DNA from: Lewinellaceae bacterium
GTDB lineage: Bacteria; Bacteroidota; Bacteroidia; Chitinophagales; Saprospiraceae
NCBI GenBank assembly: GCA_020636225.1
Contig: JACJYI010000007.1
Span: forward strand, 82,352-146,351
Reading direction: 5' to 3'
DNA: 64,000 nt
The notes beneath the pieces are model-generated. The model was not told the origin of the DNA, ran no database searches, and saw only the letters and a program-made list of their open reading frames with translations. Position 1 is the stretch's first letter. Each line of letters begins with the position of its first letter. Shown piece after piece: positions 18,849 to 27,754 of the stretch. Position numbers and translations under genes: made by a program.

Positions 18849-19413
18849 CCAGAGTGTCGTCAGATCAGGTCATTCGGATATATGCTTTCTAGGTGTGGGA
18901 GTCCCATATAGGCAAGATTATAGCACAACCTAGTAAAGGACTTGATCCTTCATCCAACGTTCAAGGTCCATCCATTTTGGAAGTTTCAGCTACTGGAGCC
19001 ATGTCGACAATAGCTACAAGATTCTACAAGGAGCCCCTAAATTGCTTCCGTGTACATCAATCTCAATGCTGAATTATTAAATAAGCAATTGGAGCCACTA
19101 CTACCTCATAATTGCCATTTTGTAAGGCAGCAGCATCAGTATGATGCTCCGACTGCACATGGATGTTTTGAAGATCGCTACTCATTTGCAACGGGTATAG
19201 AATGAAGGAGTTAACAATTGATTATCAAATTTTTACGCAGCACTTTTCCACCAGTCTTCAGATAGCTAAAAACTCCAGAAAACCTGCCATCCAATCTTTT
19301 TTCAACTTTTTCACCTCAAGGGGAACTTATTTGGCAGTTCAATGCTTATTTCAAACATAATGTTTTAACTAGTTGCTGGGAATACATGATATTAAGCAGC
19401 GTGGTAGATTTAT

Positions 19414-20586
19414 ATGGTTAAAAACAAACTCAACATCAAAGAAGTAACTCGTCACATAAAACACACGGTTGAACGGGAACTTTGGGCACGTGCTGCCGGA
19501 CGTTGCCAGTTCATCGGGTGCAATCGGCTACTCTACAAGTCTCCTTTAACCCAGGAGCGGGTAAACATTTCGGAGAAGGCTCACATCTATTCTTTCTCTC
19601 AAGATGGTCCAAGGGGATGGGGCCCGTTCCAAAAGAACCCTGAAAGCCTTAATGATGTCTGCAATCTGATGCTCATGTGTCATGACTGCCATAAGACTAT
19701 AGATCAGGATACAGACGGTTCCAAGTATTCTGGATCGCTGTTGCAGCAATGGAAAAAGGAACATGAACACCGAATTCTCATTGTAACTGGAATTGCAGTA
19801 ACCAGAAAGTCTCATGTGGTATTCTACGGAAGCAACATTGGTGAACAACGTTCTCCACTTCAGCATGAGGACGCCAAATCAGCGATATTTCTAGAACGCT
19901 TTCCGGTATCGGAAAACGCTATTTGCCTATCCATGTCATGCTCACATGAGGATAATACAGTAGGGTTCTGGGAAACAGAATCAGCTCATCTGAAGCGGGT
20001 CTTTGATCAAAAGGTTCTACCTGTGATTGAACATGACCCAATAAAGCATTTCTCATTGTTCGCCCTGGCCCCGATTCCATTGTTAATCCAGCTGGGGACA
20101 CTATTTACGGACAAAATTACCGTGGATACTTATCAGCCGATCCGGGAGCCTAAAGGCTGGCACTGGCAAAAATTCCCTGATGGTTTTGAATTCCTCATCA
20201 AAAAGCCTGAAAAGTATGATGCAGCCCCGGTACTGGTAATCTCATTGAGTGATAATATCAATCATGATAGGATCAAGACGGTCATGGGCGAAGAAGTTTC
20301 TGTATGGGAATTGACCGTACCAGAAGAACACATAGGCAACGACAATATCCGTAATCGTGCGCAACTGTCCATGATGCGTAAAATCATCCGAAAACTTATG
20401 GTCCTGATTAAGGATTCGCATGGATCTACAACTCCACTTTCCGTTTTCCCAGCAATGGCTGTTTCCTGTTCCATTGAAATGGGAAGAGCAAGAATGCCTA
20501 AGGCGGATATGCCTTGGATCATCTATGACCAGAACAACAAGGAAAAGAAGTTTATTAAAGCGATAACCATAGGAAACAGCCAATGA
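19414..20586 (+). CDS. cap5: CBASS effector: HNH endonuclease fused to a SAVED sensor domain (Cap5-like)
   Basis: The N-terminal HNH region reads EKAHIYSFSQDGPRGWG...NLMLMCHDCHKTIDQD. The C-terminal ~260 aa have SAVED-like features (HVVFYGSNIG..., FSLFALAPIPLLIQLGTLF). ATGA overlap with the next gene. Confidence 0.8.
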   Translation: MVKNKLNIKEVTRHIKHTVERELWARAAGRCQFIGCNRLLYKSPLTQERVNISEKAHIYSFSQDGPRGWGPFQKNPESLNDVCNLMLMCHDCHKTIDQDTDGSKYSGSLLQQWKKEHEHRILIVTGIAVTRKSHVVFYGSNIGEQRSPLQHEDAKSAIFLERFPVSENAICLSMSCSHEDNTVGFWETESAHLKRVFDQKVLPVIEHDPIKHFSLFALAPIPLLIQLGTLFTDKITVDTYQPIREPKGWHWQKFPDGFEFLIKKPEKYDAAPVLVISLSDNINHDRIKTVMGEEVSVWELTVPEEHIGNDNIRNRAQLSMMRKIIRKLMVLIKDSHGSTTPLSVFPAMAVSCSIEMGRARMPKADMPWIIYDQNNKEKKFIKAITIGNSQ

Positions 20587-21776
20587 TTACTAATGAACAA
20601 AAACAAGTTGTCATAGACAACATTGTCAAATTGCTGGAACTCCCTGATTCGGCCTATGACAAAGCCCGTAAAAGGTATGAGGATCTCGGGGAGTGGTTTG
20701 ACCGTAATGAATCAACCGTTTCTAGTAACAATCCGCATATTTTCCCACAGGGATCCTTCCGACTTGGGACAGCGATACGTCCACTTGATGAAAATGAAGA
20801 ATATGACCTTGATCTTGCTTGCAAGCTTCAGGATGGGATTTCCAAGGATAGTCATACCCAGGAAACCCTAAAAAACCTGATTGGCATTGAACTGGAAGCC
20901 TATCGGATAGCAAGAGGAATCAAAAGTGAACTTCAACCAAAGCATCGCTGCTGGCGTCTTGAATATCAGGATGACCTTAATTTTCACATGGATATTGTTC
21001 CATGTATTCCAGCAGATGAAAAAAGGCGTATGGCAATATTTGAGTCTATCCGGAGGACTGGATTGGACGAATTTGTGGCCGTGGCCGCGTCCCAGACTAC
21101 GATATCCATAACAGATGACAGGCACAAGGGCTTTCCGCATATATGCGGTGACTGGAACATTAGTAATCCAGAAGGATATGCCAAGTGGTTTGAATACCGA
21201 ATGAATCCACAGCAAACCAGAATCCTACTGGAAATGTCGCAGGTAGACAATGTGCCCTTGTTCAAAAAGAAAACGCCTTTGCAGCGGGCGATTCAGATTC
21301 TGAAGCGCCACCGTGACAACTGGAGCAAGGACAACCCGGAATCCAAGCCTATTTCAATCATTATCACAACTCTCGCTGCAAGGGCCTATAACGGTGAAAC
21401 AGATATTGTAGAGGCGCTTGGCAATGTATTAGAAAAAATGGGTGGTCTGGTAAACCCGAAAAAGCCAAGGGTGCCCAACCCTGTGGACCCGGATGAAGAC
21501 TTTGCCGACCGCTGGTACAGGCCGGATTGTCTGCATTTGCGATTGGAGGAACACTTCTTTTCCTGGCTTTTACAAGCAAATACAGATTTCAGGCATATTA
21601 CTTCTACGAATGATATTGAATTTCTCAGTGATCAACTCGAAGAGAAGTTTTCATTGCGAGTAAATAAGATGGAGCTTAGGGAACAACTGGGAATCAACGC
21701 TACTATCGGTGACATAATGACTCCCAAAACACACACGATTGACCGACAAGACTCGGCCAGACCATGGAAAAAGTAG
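20583..21776 (+). CDS. cGAS/DncV-like nucleotidyltransferase (CD-NTase, SMODS family)
   Basis: It has the PQGSFRLGTAIRP...EEYDLDLACKL motif (GS...[DE]xD Pol-beta NTase signature) and a third acidic residue in LNFHMDIVPCIP. The N-terminal helix pattern (VIDNIVKLLELPDSAYDKARKRYEDLGEWF) is typical of the family. Confidence 0.8.
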   Translation: MITNEQKQVVIDNIVKLLELPDSAYDKARKRYEDLGEWFDRNESTVSSNNPHIFPQGSFRLGTAIRPLDENEEYDLDLACKLQDGISKDSHTQETLKNLIGIELEAYRIARGIKSELQPKHRCWRLEYQDDLNFHMDIVPCIPADEKRRMAIFESIRRTGLDEFVAVAASQTTISITDDRHKGFPHICGDWNISNPEGYAKWFEYRMNPQQTRILLEMSQVDNVPLFKKKTPLQRAIQILKRHRDNWSKDNPESKPISIIITTLAARAYNGETDIVEALGNVLEKMGGLVNPKKPRVPNPVDPDEDFADRWYRPDCLHLRLEEHFFSWLLQANTDFRHITSTNDIEFLSDQLEEKFSLRVNKMELREQLGINATIGDIMTPKTHTIDRQDSARPWKK

Positions 21777-21780
21777 CTCA

Positions 21781-22452
21781 ATGAGAGTATCGGAAATCAA
21801 TGGGCTGAGTCAGTTTCTGTTGGACTATCCTGGCATGTCGACATCTCCTTGCTCTGTTCAAGGCGTTTGCCTGCGTGGAAATTTTCAATTCCAAGCCTGC
21901 GAGTCTGTCGGTGGTAAAATAGTTGATTCCTACAAGCTGGAAATCATTGTTCCCAGCAAATTCCCTCAGGCTCTTCCTGAAGTTACGGAAACCGGTGGCA
22001 AAATAAAGCGTGACGGAAATTTTCATGTCAATTCTGACGGTAGCCTTTGTCTTGGATCGCCTCTGAGGTTGCTGAGAAAGGTCCATAGTGCTCCTAGTCT
22101 GACAGGCTTTGTCGATCAATGTCTAATACCGTACCTATATGCTGTTTCATACAAACGGATAAACGGAGGAGATTTTATTTTTGGCGAGTTGGCTCATGGT
22201 GAACAAGGCATTGTGGATGATTATTCCGCAATGCTTGGGTTGAATGAAAAGCATCAGGTAATTCAGGCCATTCAGCTACTGGGGATTAAGAAACGGATAG
22301 CAAATAAAAAGTCCTGTCCTTGTAGATGTGGGAGAAGACTCGGGGCGTGCCCGTTTCACCACAAATTGAATGAACTTCGCAAAATGGCCCCTGTGTCCTG
22401 GTTTAGGAAGCATGATTTAGTCATCAATACTCCACCATTACCAGTAAAATAG
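21781..22452 (+). CDS. Stand-alone E2 (UBC-fold) ubiquitin-conjugating-like protein (short Cap2-like) with a C-terminal Cys-rich motif
   Basis: GNFHVNSDGSLCLGSP matches the E2 HPN...G.(I/L)CL active-site signature. The C-terminus has KSCPCRCGRRLGACPFHH (SEC-C-like metal motif). The ATG lies 4 nt after the CD-NTase stop. No E1 or JAB domain is present. Confidence 0.7.
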   Translation: MRVSEINGLSQFLLDYPGMSTSPCSVQGVCLRGNFQFQACESVGGKIVDSYKLEIIVPSKFPQALPEVTETGGKIKRDGNFHVNSDGSLCLGSPLRLLRKVHSAPSLTGFVDQCLIPYLYAVSYKRINGGDFIFGELAHGEQGIVDDYSAMLGLNEKHQVIQAIQLLGIKKRIANKKSCPCRCGRRLGACPFHHKLNELRKMAPVSWFRKHDLVINTPPLPVK

Positions 22453-22973
22453 GAGTAATAGCAGAACTTTGAAATCAGCACATTAGACTTGACCAATGGT
22501 AGATGGTCATATTGAACTCCTATATCCTGCAATGCCAGATGACTTGCCCGACTTTTGGCAATTCAAATCCTTTAGAAAGGCAAGCTTGTATTCAACGCAA
22601 CGGCAACAAAAAGATAAAGAGAATCACCCATAAATATTGTCGTTTCTGAGAAAGTTATTCACAGGTGGGTGTAACCCTCTTGAATGGATGAGTCATATAC
22701 TTTGGAATATGCACACTCTTGAAATGTGGCGCCATTACCGCAGTGGGTAGATGGACCAATAAGGGTCAAAATCCGAGAAAGTTTCACTTTATTTCTCCTT
22801 AAGTCGTCTTGAGTCTCCTTAAGTGGCATTTGTCGGACATCCATTAATCCTAGCCATTACCTTAACCACGAAATGAACATCTACCGGGAATTCACCCAGC
22901 TTCGGGCCAGAATACTTACTCTAGCCACGTTGAACAGGTACCCCGATTGGAAATTGTAATAAAGATACCCACC

Positions 22974-23312
22974 ATGATCATCCTCCAGCTCAATGAAGAC
23001 CAACTCAAGAATGCCCTGGAGGAGGTACTGAGGAAGGTGCTCGCTGAAAGGCAACCCGGATTGGAGCAGACAACAACTCCAATACAATTGAAGGAGCTGC
23101 TGACTATTGAGGAGGCTGCCATCTTCCTGAATCTGGCCAAACCAACCATTTACAGCCTCACCAGCCGTCGGGAACTACCATTTTTCAAAACTGGAAAGAA
23201 GCTCTACTTCAAACGTTCAGAACTATTATCCTGGATTGAAAAAGGCAAGCAGAAGACTATAGAGGAAACTGTTGATAATCTCCGTTTGAAACGCAAAAGA
23301 AAAGGAAACTGA
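22974..23312 (+). CDS. Excisionase-family helix-turn-helix DNA-binding protein
   Basis: LLTIEEAAIFLNLAKPTIYSLTSRRELPFFKTGKKLYFKRSELLSWIEKG is the typical MerR/Xis-like HTH_17 pattern of Bacteroidota mobile elements. Start at the ATG at 22974. Confidence 0.65.
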   Translation: MIILQLNEDQLKNALEEVLRKVLAERQPGLEQTTTPIQLKELLTIEEAAIFLNLAKPTIYSLTSRRELPFFKTGKKLYFKRSELLSWIEKGKQKTIEETVDNLRLKRKRKGN

Positions 23313-23609
23313 ACAAGCCTTCGTCTATTCAGTTTGGGCTTCCGCTCCATTAGTTAATTGAAGATTGTCTACTCCCGTCTGAAAAAGACTTTGCAAGACC
23401 TTAGTGCAGGGAGAATGGCAATAGAGCCCGGAAGGTAGCTAGCTTCGACAGAAATGGAACACATAAATCCTCTGTCCTTCAACCAGAATTCCGAAAAATC
23501 AACTATTTCTCACAACATGTGAATCTCAGATTATAACAGATGTTTTACAAAAGTTAAACCGGTCTTTTAAAAGATTTATCTGTTCTGCAAACATCACAAC
23601 CTATTGACT

Positions 23610-23933
23610 ATGAGCAAAATACTTGAAATGAAGCGAATTTTCAAACTGAAAGACAGCTTCGAATACGAGTTCACGGAGGTAAAAAACCCAAAATACAATG
23701 CCCTGGAAGCCGCATTGGCTGTGGCACAAGGTAGATTCTATCCAGAACAGGAAACCGTCATCGTCCGTAAACTGGTCAAAAGGAAAACCTCCCACATCCT
23801 CTACCGCATACGATGTGACTACTGTGGAGGGACAAGCACTTGGGTTGGACGTAAGGATGCCAAATTCTGCTCCGCAGGCTGTAGGAAAATGGCCTATAAT
23901 GAACGTAAGACCATGACCAACCATGGAGAATAG
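23610..23933 (+). CDS. Small Zn-ribbon protein, unknown function
   Basis: 107 aa with the CDYCGG...FCSAGCRKMAY four-Cys motif. Coding status is plausible but has no further support. Confidence 0.4.
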   Translation: MSKILEMKRIFKLKDSFEYEFTEVKNPKYNALEAALAVAQGRFYPEQETVIVRKLVKRKTSHILYRIRCDYCGGTSTWVGRKDAKFCSAGCRKMAYNERKTMTNHGE

Positions 23934-23978
23934 TACCCTTTATACATGCGAGCAAAAAAGCACCTGTCGGAACACGGC

Positions 23979-26405
23979 TCACTCCACCACCACCCTGGCC
24001 ACTTTGGCACCCCTGTTGTCCTCCGCATCCACCCGTAGGATATACATCCCTGAGGGAAGGTGCCCCAGGTCCAGATCAAGGGTATTGTTGGAGATCTGTC
24101 GCTCTATGACAACCACACCCTGAACATCCCGGACCGTCAATCGGCCACTTTCCGGTAGATCGTTGATATATACTATGCCGGATGTCGGATTGGGTGTCAC
24201 GACTAGTGGCTCAACTGGTACAGCAGGGATCAAACCACTGGTTTCGTCCTGGAAGATGGCGATAAACGCATCATATGCTCCGGAATTACTGGTTTTATTC
24301 CCATCAGGTGTAGAAATCGCATCCTTTGAGAAAGCTGCACCGGCTATGACAATTTGATCGTCACCAGATAGAGCGCAATCATCGATGCCATCACCATCGT
24401 CCCCTCCATAATATGTTGCCCACTGACGAGAACCGTCAGGACTGAACTTGCATAATAAGCCATCGGAAATGCCTTCCTTTTGGACGTCATATCCATCCGG
24501 ACTGGCAATATTATCCAGAGAAGACGTCCCTCCGGACAGATAAATGTCATTTGCAGTGTTGACCGCTAACCCTGTCCCGAAATCTGAGGATTGACCTCCG
24601 TAACATGTCCCCCAAAGAAAAACACCATTCGGTGAAAATTTGGCTAAAAAGGCGTCGGAAGAACCTCCTCCGTATTCCACTTGATGTGCGCCCTGGCTGA
24701 CAACGTAATCCTCTCTATCTGTCTCCCCAGTCACAATGACATTATTCAACATGTCGATTTCTATATCGTACGCTCTCGTATCATTGCCACCAAAATAAGT
24801 CGACCAAATTCGTTCGCCGTCCTTTGTAAACTTGAATATCAAGGCATTCTGTGAGCCATTGATATCTTCCTGGTGAGCGCCAGGAGAGGCTAAGATATTG
24901 TCAAAATCCCACCATGCTTCACCGCCAAACAAAATATTGCCATCATGATCAATTGTACAACAATGCCCCCTCTCAATAGTATATGGAACCCCAATGTAAG
25001 ATCCCCAATCTAATTCACCTGCAGCATCCAAAGCCATAATGAATGCATCAGTACCATCTCCACCATATTCAGGTTGGAAAGTTCCCTGGGTTGAAATCCC
25101 AACAGGTGAAGTAGTGCCGCCAACCAGAATAATCCTGCCACTATCATCAATGGAGCATCCGTTCACATAATCCTGTTCTGTTCCTCCGATATACGTACCC
25201 CAAACACGAACTCCATCCCCATTCAACTTGACTAAAAAACCGTCTTTCGAACCTCCAATATAGACAGGTTTTGTCCCATCAGGTGAGGCAATTCCTGTAG
25301 TTGATTCCGTTTCGCCTCCCAGGAACGTGTTTCCATCCACATCAATTTTACAGCTGTTGACTCCATCCTCCCCGGATCCGCCGATATAGGTTGCCCACGA
25401 CAGTTCACCATTGGCTAAATACTTGGCCACTACACCATCATATGTTCCTCCTCCATAGGACACCTGATGAGCGCCCACAGTAGCAATCATGCTGGTTGAT
25501 ACCGTTTCTCCGGCGGCAACGATATTCCCTTGTCCATCCACACTGGTTGACCTGAAAAAATCATTCTTACTCCCCCCAAAATACGTTCCATATAACCGCA
25601 CCGGTGGATCAATGATTAAGGGCAAAGTCGGATCGACCAGCCCGGCCAATTCAAACCGGACTATCTCGCCATCCACTACCCAATGCGAAGCCACTTCCTT
25701 ACCGTCCTGATGAGCATACACCGGCCCCTCGAGAATATCACCAAAGGGGGTGTGCATCACCAACTCACCACGGGTATTGATCGATAATTCGGCACCAGAT
25801 ATGGCCAAAGCAATCTGGCTATAATCAGCCCCAGGCTGAACCACAAAATCCGATTCAAGACCACCATATTTGCCCTGGTAGTATCGCAGGTCAATACCCA
25901 TATAGATGTCTTTCATGGTCACCGACTGCCAGGACCGGACGTTCAACGCTGGTTCAGCGCCAAGGGGTACATTATAGAAATGACTGACTGAACTTGAACG
26001 ACCGTCGGACACAACCTCCGCACGTTCGTTAGCTCCCAGGTAGTTCACATCCACCCGATAGATCGTGATGGGCTGCTCCAGGGCTTCTACATCAAGATCA
26101 TGCTTACTTCTCTTCATCTTACTCAACAGTTCTTTTTGTTGAAACCATCCAGGATACTGTACCATCTGGTAATGAATCCCTCCGGCTGTCAGGTGATAGG
26201 ACAACCCGTCCACCTCGCCATAGTACAACACATCTGGCCGGGGCATATCGTGTTGATCCCTCACTTGGCCTTTGTTCTCCAAGAAGAGGTCGAGCTGGAC
26301 TTTCTCGGGTGGTGAAAAGGCGAACAACGGAAGGCAACCGATGGCTATTGCGCTTATAATCAACATCTTACGCAATATCAATACCGAAGGGGATACAGAA
26401 CTCAT
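23979..26405 (-). CDS. Secreted SBBP-type beta-propeller repeat protein with T9SS C-terminal sorting domain
   Basis: It has repeated YIGGSGEDGVN...DGN..LGGET.S motifs. The C-terminus reads VVTPNPTSGIVYINDL...LPSGMYILRVDAEDNRGAKVARVVVE. There is an N-terminal signal peptide. Confidence 0.75.
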   Translation of the reverse strand: MSSVSPSVLILRKMLIISAIAIGCLPLFAFSPPEKVQLDLFLENKGQVRDQHDMPRPDVLYYGEVDGLSYHLTAGGIHYQMVQYPGWFQQKELLSKMKRSKHDLDVEALEQPITIYRVDVNYLGANERAEVVSDGRSSSVSHFYNVPLGAEPALNVRSWQSVTMKDIYMGIDLRYYQGKYGGLESDFVVQPGADYSQIALAISGAELSINTRGELVMHTPFGDILEGPVYAHQDGKEVASHWVVDGEIVRFELAGLVDPTLPLIIDPPVRLYGTYFGGSKNDFFRSTSVDGQGNIVAAGETVSTSMIATVGAHQVSYGGGTYDGVVAKYLANGELSWATYIGGSGEDGVNSCKIDVDGNTFLGGETESTTGIASPDGTKPVYIGGSKDGFLVKLNGDGVRVWGTYIGGTEQDYVNGCSIDDSGRIILVGGTTSPVGISTQGTFQPEYGGDGTDAFIMALDAAGELDWGSYIGVPYTIERGHCCTIDHDGNILFGGEAWWDFDNILASPGAHQEDINGSQNALIFKFTKDGERIWSTYFGGNDTRAYDIEIDMLNNVIVTGETDREDYVVSQGAHQVEYGGGSSDAFLAKFSPNGVFLWGTCYGGQSSDFGTGLAVNTANDIYLSGGTSSLDNIASPDGYDVQKEGISDGLLCKFSPDGSRQWATYYGGDDGDGIDDCALSGDDQIVIAGAAFSKDAISTPDGNKTSNSGAYDAFIAIFQDETSGLIPAVPVEPLVVTPNPTSGIVYINDLPESGRLTVRDVQGVVVIERQISNNTLDLDLGHLPSGMYILRVDAEDNRGAKVARVVVE

Positions 26406-26599
26406 GGTCGTATGAAATTTGAATGATTCAGGTTGGAGCAAGATAGCAAATCATGATGAATCCAGCGCCTAATTTTATATCGGTCGTAGATTTGTACTAC
26501 AAGTCTCAACAAAAGCATGTGACATCTCAAAGGAAAATACCAACGCAATGCAGACTAATTTTCATCCGCTAACTTAGCCCTTTCGACATCCGTGGACAG

Positions 26600-26646
26600 G
26601 GTGGCTCACTATGGACCGAAATAGGTGGGTCAGTATGACCGAAATA
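26600..26646. repeat. Imperfect tandem ~24-mer (ggtggctcactatggaccgaaata / ggtgggtcagtatgaccgaaata)
   Basis: Read directly. It abuts the truncated end of the primase remnant. Confidence 0.7.
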
Positions 26647-26647
26647 A

Positions 26648-26819
26648 TCATTCCATCTTCTGGATCATCTCGATGGTGTCGCCGCTTCCTGCTTTGCAGT
26701 TGCTACTAAAACAAGTCCATGTATTTGTTTTGGGATAGATCTGCATTGATGGGGTCTTGTCATCAATGATTGAGTACGGTTTGGATGCTGAGAGTAGCTT
26801 TGATGTCGCTGATTTCCAT
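26648..26819 (-). pseudogene. Remnant of a CHC2 zinc-finger DNA primase gene (mobile-element type)
   Basis: My translation gives MEISDIKATLSIQTVLNH* and then, in another frame, DDKTPSMQIYPKTNTWTCFSSNCKAGSGDTIEMIQKME*. The CPFH half of the CHC2 finger and the whole toprim/catalytic body are missing. Confidence 0.7.
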
Positions 26820-26929
26820 ATCAAATGTTAAAGTCAAAAAATATTTTATTGGAACTATCAGACACAAAAGTAGATTATAATTCCAAAACTACAAAGAACT
26901 ATCAGCTCTATTTACGTCTTTTAATTACG

Positions 26930-26937
26930 TATCTTTG
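26930..26937 (+). promoter_or_regulatory. Candidate Bacteroidota -7 promoter box (TAnnTTTG) for the XRE gene
   Basis: tatctttg lies 39 nt upstream of the ATG at 26976. I found no convincing -33 element. Confidence 0.3.
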
Positions 26938-26975
26938 CTGTATCACTGTATTTTTAGACACTTAATGGGCTTATA

Positions 26976-27314
26976 ATGGACAAAATCGCTATAACAATAA
27001 CTAATCTTCGTAAAGAAAAAGGATGGTCACAGACCGACCTGGCTGATAAAAGTGGGGTATCTCGTGAGATGATCGGCAAGTACGAAAGAGGCAAAGCGGT
27101 TCCTTCTGTAGATGCAGCCAAAAAAATAGCCGACGCTTTTGACGTCAGCTTAGATTATCTTGTTGGTGAAGGCATCAATGCCACCTTTGACAAAAAGACT
27201 GTCTCAAGACTTCAGGAAATTCAAAACATGGACTCCAAGTCTAAAGACAACCTTTTTAATATTATCGATGCTGTCATTCGTGATTACAATACTCAGAAGG
27301 CTTATGCTGGATAG
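26976..27314 (+). CDS. XRE-family helix-turn-helix transcriptional regulator
   Basis: LRKEKGWSQTDLADKSGVSREMIGKYERGKAVPSVDAAKKIADAFDVSLDYLVG is a canonical HTH_3 sequence. Confidence 0.85.
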   Translation: MDKIAITITNLRKEKGWSQTDLADKSGVSREMIGKYERGKAVPSVDAAKKIADAFDVSLDYLVGEGINATFDKKTVSRLQEIQNMDSKSKDNLFNIIDAVIRDYNTQKAYAG

Positions 27315-27745
27315 TCTTTTAGATACTCTTCTTTGACTGCTGTTTTTGGTACAATAATCAAGTCTTCTTTTCTATTCCAAGGTATTATACCTGGGATATT
27401 CGCACCCTCAAAATAAGTCAAAAATTGATACCATTCTTCAACTAATTTGACCATCTCTTCTGTAGGTATTTCAAATGGCTCAAACTCATCGAAGTAACCA
27501 CTAACTTTAGTAATTTCGCTTTCAATAAAAATATCACATTTATCTTCTGCCTCTAATTTTATTACTTGTTGACTACTCTTAATTTCTCTTAACTTTTCGA
27601 GAAGGTCAAACACCTTATTAGATTTTGCCAACTCTCTTCTAAAAACATAACTTATAGGGTCATATTTTATCGGCCCAATATTCATTACTGGAACTTGATC
27701 TCCATTCTTTAATATCACTAACTTATAACTTCTTGTCCACCACAT
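27302..27745 (-). CDS. Putative immunity protein for the upstream EndoU toxin
   Basis: 147 aa, acidic, with no signal peptide. It starts 9 nt after the toxin stop on the same strand. The assignment is positional only. Confidence 0.45.
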   Translation of the reverse strand: MWWTRSYKLVILKNGDQVPVMNIGPIKYDPISYVFRRELAKSNKVFDLLEKLREIKSSQQVIKLEAEDKCDIFIESEITKVSGYFDEFEPFEIPTEEMVKLVEEWYQFLTYFEGANIPGIIPWNRKEDLIIVPKTAVKEEYLKDYPA

Positions 27746-27754
27746 ATTTGAAAA

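Noticed and set aside
18849-19413. 565-bp AT-rich ORF-free leader upstream of the CBASS operon as a possible ncRNA or regulator site
   Set aside because: I found only a weak 7-bp palindrome (agcatca gta tgatgct, about 19135). I found no convincing promoter box, repeat or structure, so it is left unannotated.
22659-22844. 61-aa minus-strand ORF in the CBASS-to-Xis intergenic region
   Set aside because: It has no ribosome-binding context, motif or partner gene. The surrounding DNA shows short direct repeats (ctccttaagt x2), so a regulatory or non-coding role is more plausible, but I have nothing firm to report.
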